DNA of 64,000 nucleotides from the NCBI GenBank assembly GCA_034522055.1, contig JAXHLS010000006.1:705643-769642 (forward strand), in the 5' to 3' direction. The notes under the pieces are model-generated. The model saw only the letters and a list, made by a program, of their open reading frames with translations, searched no databases and was not told where the DNA came from. The position numbers and the translations under genes were made by a program. Every line of letters begins with the position of its first letter. The first letter of the stretch is position 1. Source of the stretch: Gammaproteobacteria bacterium. Its GTDB lineage: Bacteria > Pseudomonadota > Gammaproteobacteria > JAABTG01. Below, piece after piece: positions 60,055 to 64,000 of the stretch.

Positions 60055-60797
60055 CCGCCTCGGGCCTCCGCCATGAGACGTTTCATCTCCCGTACCGCTT
60101 CTTCGATACCGCCGAACAGGGCCCGCGCGATGATGGCATGACCAATGTTGAGTTCCCGCACCTGGGGGATGCGCGCCACGGCCCCCACGTTCTGATAATT
60201 GAGGCCATGGCCGGCATTGACCTGCAGGCCCAGTCCGGCACCCAGGTCCACCGCCGCTTCGATACGCCGAAGTTCCTCCATGCGTGTGGCATTATCTGGG
60301 GCGTCGGCGTAGCGGCCGGTATGCAATTCCACCACGGGCGCCCCGGCCGTGCGGGCCGCCTCCACCTGGCGTGGCTCCGGATCGATGAACAGCGACACCC
60401 GGATCCCGGCCGCCGCGAGACGCGCGCAGGCCCCGGCGATACGCTCCGGATCACCAGCCACGTCCAGGCCACCCTCGGTAGTGAGTTCCGCGCGGCGTTC
60501 GGGCACGAGGCAGCAATCTTCGGGACGGATACGCTCGGCCACCCCCATCACCCCCTCATCGACGGCCATCTCCAGATTCATGCGTGTCAGCAGCGTCTGC
60601 CTGATGATCTCCACATCCCTCTCCTGGATGTGCCGGCGGTCTTCCCGCAGATGCAGGGTGATGGCATCGGCGCCACCGTGCTCGGCCAGGTGGGTAGCCA
60701 TGACCGGATCGGGGTAACGGGTTCCCCGGGCCTCACGCAGGGTGGCTACGTGGTCGATGTTGACGCCGAGGAGGATGGGGTGGGTCTGTGTGCTCAA
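60051..60797 (-). CDS. pdxJ: Pyridoxine 5'-phosphate synthase
   Basis: [12 protein letters not shown] motif. 4-bp overlap with acpS. Confidence 0.9.
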   Translation of the reverse strand: MSTQTHPILLGVNIDHVATLREARGTRYPDPVMATHLAEHGGADAITLHLREDRRHIQERDVEIIRQTLLTRMNLEMAVDEGVMGVAERIRPEDCCLVPERRAELTTEGGLDVAGDPERIAGACARLAAAGIRVSLFIDPEPRQVEAARTAGAPVVELHTGRYADAPDNATRMEELRRIEAAVDLGAGLGLQVNAGHGLNYQNVGAVARIPQVRELNIGHAIIARALFGGIEEAVREMKRLMAEARGG

Positions 60798-60893
60798 GCT
60801 GACTCCTGCATGTGGTTAGATGGGTTCTGGATACAAGCCGTGAACCTCGTACTCGTCGAAGTTGTCAGAGTCTATTGCTTCGGGGCCGGTGGT

Positions 60894-61616
60894 TCATCCC
60901 ATGGAGCGGAACAGCTGCCGTGTCTCCAAAGGACGACCTTCGAGATGGGCGTTGACCACGAAGCGCATCAACCGTTTCGCCTCACGGAGTTCCGGGGCGG
61001 CCGTCAGTTCCTCGCGGTGGAGGGCGAGCAGGGTGCGGCCGGTCACTTTCGGTTCGTCCAGGGCCGCCGTGCCCGTCGTGCCCGTCGTGCGCACCGGTCC
61101 GTGATCGAGGCGATAGTGATAATCCGTATCGGACTCGATGGCAGTATCACTGTTCGCTTCATGGGTCAGGATGAGTCCGTATCCCAGGGCCTCGAGGAGG
61201 CGTTTCTCGAACACGCGGAACAGGGCCTCCGTGCCCGTGGGCGCGGCGAGGCGCTCGAGGGCCTCGCCATAGGCTGCGTAGATTTCGGGATGGGGATCGC
61301 TGCGATGGAGCAGTCGTAGGATCAGTTCATTGAGATAGAGGGCCCCGGCGATCCGGGGACCCCGAAAAATGAAGGGTGCACCGGCCGCCTCCACGCCGGT
61401 CACCGTCGGCAACTCGCCGGCACCCGACCATGACACCAGCAAAGGCTGAAAGGGCTGGAACGGCCGCCCGCGCTTGCCGCCTCCCCGGCTACCGCGGGCC
61501 ACTACGCCGAGACGTCCGTGGTCCCGGGTGAGCAGTTCCAGTATCTGGCTGGTCTCACGAAACGGCCGGCCATGGAGTACGAAGCAAGGTGCCAGAACCA
61601 CGCGGGCCATGGTCAC
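60894..61616 (-). CDS. recO: DNA repair protein RecO
   Basis: 240 aa. N-terminal OB-fold VLHGRPFRETSQILELLT. Confidence 0.85.
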   Translation of the reverse strand: MTMARVVLAPCFVLHGRPFRETSQILELLTRDHGRLGVVARGSRGGGKRGRPFQPFQPLLVSWSGAGELPTVTGVEAAGAPFIFRGPRIAGALYLNELILRLLHRSDPHPEIYAAYGEALERLAAPTGTEALFRVFEKRLLEALGYGLILTHEANSDTAIESDTDYHYRLDHGPVRTTGTTGTAALDEPKVTGRTLLALHREELTAAPELREAKRLMRFVVNAHLEGRPLETRQLFRSMG

Positions 61617-62542
61617 GCCCCGTCGTAACCCATGCGCCGCAGCAGGCGTTCATCGTCGCTCCAGTTCTCTTTCACCTTGACCCAAGTGCGCAGGAACACC
61701 TTGCCCTCCAGCATGGACTCCAGGTCCCGCCTGGCATCGGCGCCCGCCTTTTTCAATATTCGTCCCCCATGGCCGATGACCATCCCCTTCTGACTCTCCC
61801 TTTCCACCCAGATCACCGCGTCGATGTGGAACACGCCATTTCGGGTCTTGAAGCGTTCGATCTCCACCGTGAGACGGTAGGGCAGTTCTTCACCCAGGGC
61901 GCGAGTGAGCTTCTCGCGAACCAGTTCGGCAGCCAGGAATCGCTCACTGCGATCGGTCACTTGTTCCTCGGGGAACAGGGGAGGGCCGACGGGCAGACGG
62001 GCGGCGATCTGCAGTTCCAACACCTCGATGTTCTCGCCGTGGGTGGCCGAGACAGGGATGATCTCGCCACCGGGAAGATGTTGCTGCACGGTGGCGAGGA
62101 AGGGTAGTAGTTGGTCCTTTTGCTTGACACGGTCCACCTGGCTTACCAGGAGCAGCACCGGTTTGGAGATGGCGGCGATCCGCTGCAGCACCAGGTCATC
62201 CTCATCCGTCCATTGCAGGGCGCGGACCATGAACAGCACGACATCCACCTGCTCCAGGGCCCCGTCGGCGGCCCGATTCATGTAGCGATTGATGGCCCGC
62301 CGCGCATGGCGGTGAATGCCCGGGGTGTCGAGATACACCACTTGGTGACGGGCGGTGGTCTGGATGCCCAGCACCTGGTGACGCGTGGTCTGGGGTTTGC
62401 GGCTGGTGATGCTGACCTTCTGGCCCACCAGACGATTGAGCAGCGTGGACTTGCCCACGTTGGGTCGGCCCACGATGGCCGCGTAGCCACAACGGAACTC
62501 GTCAGGGACACCCTCGTCTTGGTCGAAATCCGCGGGCATCAT
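61613..62542 (-). CDS. era: GTPase Era
   Basis: Start at MMPADF..., GRPNVGKST G1 motif, C-terminal KH domain. ATGA overlaps with rnc and recO. Confidence 0.88.
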   Translation of the reverse strand: MMPADFDQDEGVPDEFRCGYAAIVGRPNVGKSTLLNRLVGQKVSITSRKPQTTRHQVLGIQTTARHQVVYLDTPGIHRHARRAINRYMNRAADGALEQVDVVLFMVRALQWTDEDDLVLQRIAAISKPVLLLVSQVDRVKQKDQLLPFLATVQQHLPGGEIIPVSATHGENIEVLELQIAARLPVGPPLFPEEQVTDRSERFLAAELVREKLTRALGEELPYRLTVEIERFKTRNGVFHIDAVIWVERESQKGMVIGHGGRILKKAGADARRDLESMLEGKVFLRTWVKVKENWSDDERLLRRMGYDGA

Positions 62543-63204
62543 GGGTCGCCCAACTCCGCCAGGGCGCGCGCCGCGGCCACCTGTTCGGCCTTGCGTCGCG
62601 ACCCCGCGGAACCGCGGGTGGCGAGACCGAGTTCCTTCAATTCGCACAGGACATGAAAAGACTGATCGTGCCCCTCGCCCTCGATATCGGTCACGGCATA
62701 GTCGGGCAAGGGCAGTTGGCGGGCCTGGAGGTGCTCCTGAAGCCTGGTCTTGGCGTCCTTGGCGGCATCGCGCGGGTCCATGGCGTCCAGGCGTTTCCCC
62801 AGCAGCTCCGCGATGAGGGCACGTGTGGCCGCCATGCCGGCATCCAGGTAGACCGCCCCGAGGAGGGCCTCGAGACAGTCCGCGAGGATGGACTTACGGT
62901 TCCTTCCTCCGCTCTTGAGTTCGCCCTCCCCCAGCACCAGGCTGGGGCCGAGGTCCAGCTCCCGGGCGATCTCCGCCAGGGTTTCGCGCCTCACCAGGGC
63001 CGCCCGCATCCGTGTCAATTCGCCTTCGGTGGCGGTGGGGAAACGCTGATAGAGCAATTCGGCGGTCACGAAGCCGAGTACGGCGTCGCCCAGAAATTCC
63101 AGGCGCTCGTTGTTGTTGCGCCCGGAACTGCGGTGGGTCAGGGCCTGGCGCAGCAGGGCCTCATCGGCAAACTCGTGATCCAGGCGCCCGACCGTTGCGG
63201 CCAT
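62539..63204 (-). CDS. rnc: Ribonuclease III
   Basis: ERLEFLGDAVLG signature; C-terminal dsRBD. Confidence 0.9.
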   Translation of the reverse strand: MAATVGRLDHEFADEALLRQALTHRSSGRNNNERLEFLGDAVLGFVTAELLYQRFPTATEGELTRMRAALVRRETLAEIARELDLGPSLVLGEGELKSGGRNRKSILADCLEALLGAVYLDAGMAATRALIAELLGKRLDAMDPRDAAKDAKTRLQEHLQARQLPLPDYAVTDIEGEGHDQSFHVLCELKELGLATRGSAGSRRKAEQVAAARALAELGDP

Positions 63205-63208
63205 GGGG

Positions 63209-63589
63209 TTAAATGCTGTATTCCTTGTGCCAGTCCGCGAGGATGGACAGGTTGCCCACCAGTTCGCGCTGGGCCTGGTACTTGACGGTTATGGTCACGG
63301 AGCCATCCTCTCCACGCTTGATCTTCAGGGCATCTTTGAGATTCTTTTGGTTGAATCTGCGGATGCCATTGATCTCCATGTGACGCAGAAACTTGTCGTG
63401 TATCTCGTGGTTCGAGAGCTTGCGGGCATCCGGCTGGCTGGCGATGTTCTTGAGTGCCGTATCCACCTGGAAGGATTCCAGATACAAGGGCGTCACCTTG
63501 AGCCCGAACAGTATGAGGCTCCCCGCGACGGCCAGGACGATCAACAATCCGAAAAAACCCAGACCGCGTTGTTGGTTGATTCCCCTCAT
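63209..63589 (-). CDS. DUF4845 membrane-anchored protein (commonly between lepB and rnc)
   Basis: 126 aa. N-terminal TM (FFGLLIVLAVAGSLILFGL) and its position in the lepB-rnc interval. Confidence 0.6.
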   Translation of the reverse strand: MRGINQQRGLGFFGLLIVLAVAGSLILFGLKVTPLYLESFQVDTALKNIASQPDARKLSNHEIHDKFLRHMEINGIRRFNQKNLKDALKIKRGEDGSVTITVKYQAQRELVGNLSILADWHKEYSI

Positions 63590-63610
63590 GATTAACCCCC
63601 CGTATACAAG

Positions 63611-64000
63611 CTAGTCAATTGAATCGCCGAGACGGCCCCAGGCGATGCCGCCACTGCTCCAGTCCCAATTCATCCAGATGAAGAAGGCCTTGCCGATGAG
63701 GTTCTCATCGGGCACGGTGCCCCAGTAGCGACTGTCGCGGCTGTTGTCCCGGTTGTCGCCCAGCACGAAATAATGGCCCTCGGGCACGGTCATTTCACCG
63801 GAGCGCGACGGCGCCTGTTGCTGGATCAGAATGGTATGCTCCGTGCCGTTCAAGGTCTCCACCCGGATATCAGCGCCCGTCATGTCGCTGCCCGCCCCGG
63901 TGTCGCTGTAGGTGCCGACGCTGCGCTGGGGGATCGGCCTGCCATTGATATGCAGAACCTTGTCGTAGTAGCCGACGCGATCCCCCGGGAGTCCCACCAC
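63611..64000 (-). CDS. lepB: Signal peptidase I, C-terminal part (N-terminus beyond window end)
   Basis: Box D/E motifs YFVLGDNRDNSRDSRYWG; GKAFFIWM. Confidence 0.85.
   Translation of the reverse strand: MVGLPGDRVGYYDKVLHINGRPIPQRSVGTYSDTGAGSDMTGADIRVETLNGTEHTILIQQQAPSRSGEMTVPEGHYFVLGDNRDNSRDSRYWGTVPDENLIGKAFFIWMNWDWSSGGIAWGRLGDSID

Overview
High-GC (roughly two-thirds G+C by eye) chromosomal segment. By inference it comes from a gammaproteobacterium. The supporting points are the Pseudomonas/Xanthomonas-type tmk-holB-pilZ-tatD and rnc-era-recO-pdxJ-acpS syntenies, and rne divergent from rluC.

Most of the window is core housekeeping DNA in conserved order:
- A complete system-I cytochrome c maturation operon (ccmA-B-C...E-F-G-H-I) on the plus strand.
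- A two-subunit pyruvate carboxylase (pycA/pycB), maf, sppA, a HAD hydrolase and rluC.
- rne with its long leader.
- acpS-pdxJ-recO-era-rnc-DUF4845-lepB on the minus strand.
- The fatty-acid/cell-envelope cluster rpmF-plsX-fabH-fabD-fabG-acpP-fabF-pabC-mltG-tmk-holB-pilZ-tatD on the minus strand.
- lon, slt, mlaA, gpmI, nudF and two thioredoxins.

Accessory-looking content sits mainly in the first 13 kb and around 25-30 kb:
- A tight three-gene cluster: a membrane-anchored pentaheme cytochrome c with a TPR tail, a CRTAC1-type FG-GAP/ASPIC-UnbV protein, and a secreted TPR protein.
- A tiny secreted Gly/Tyr/His-repeat protein.
- An RND pump whose third gene is a small lipoprotein rather than an outer-membrane factor.
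- An HDOD + HD-GYP c-di-GMP signalling pair.
- Several conspicuous palindromes and inverted repeats in intergenic DNA.

The ccmC reading frame runs without a stop through a second, CcmE-like OB-fold domain and a CcmD-like helix. It ends overlapping the canonical ccmE start.

No rRNA, tRNA, CRISPR array, transposase or integrase was recognised. Many long ORFs in the six-frame track lie antisense to real genes and are high-GC artefacts.
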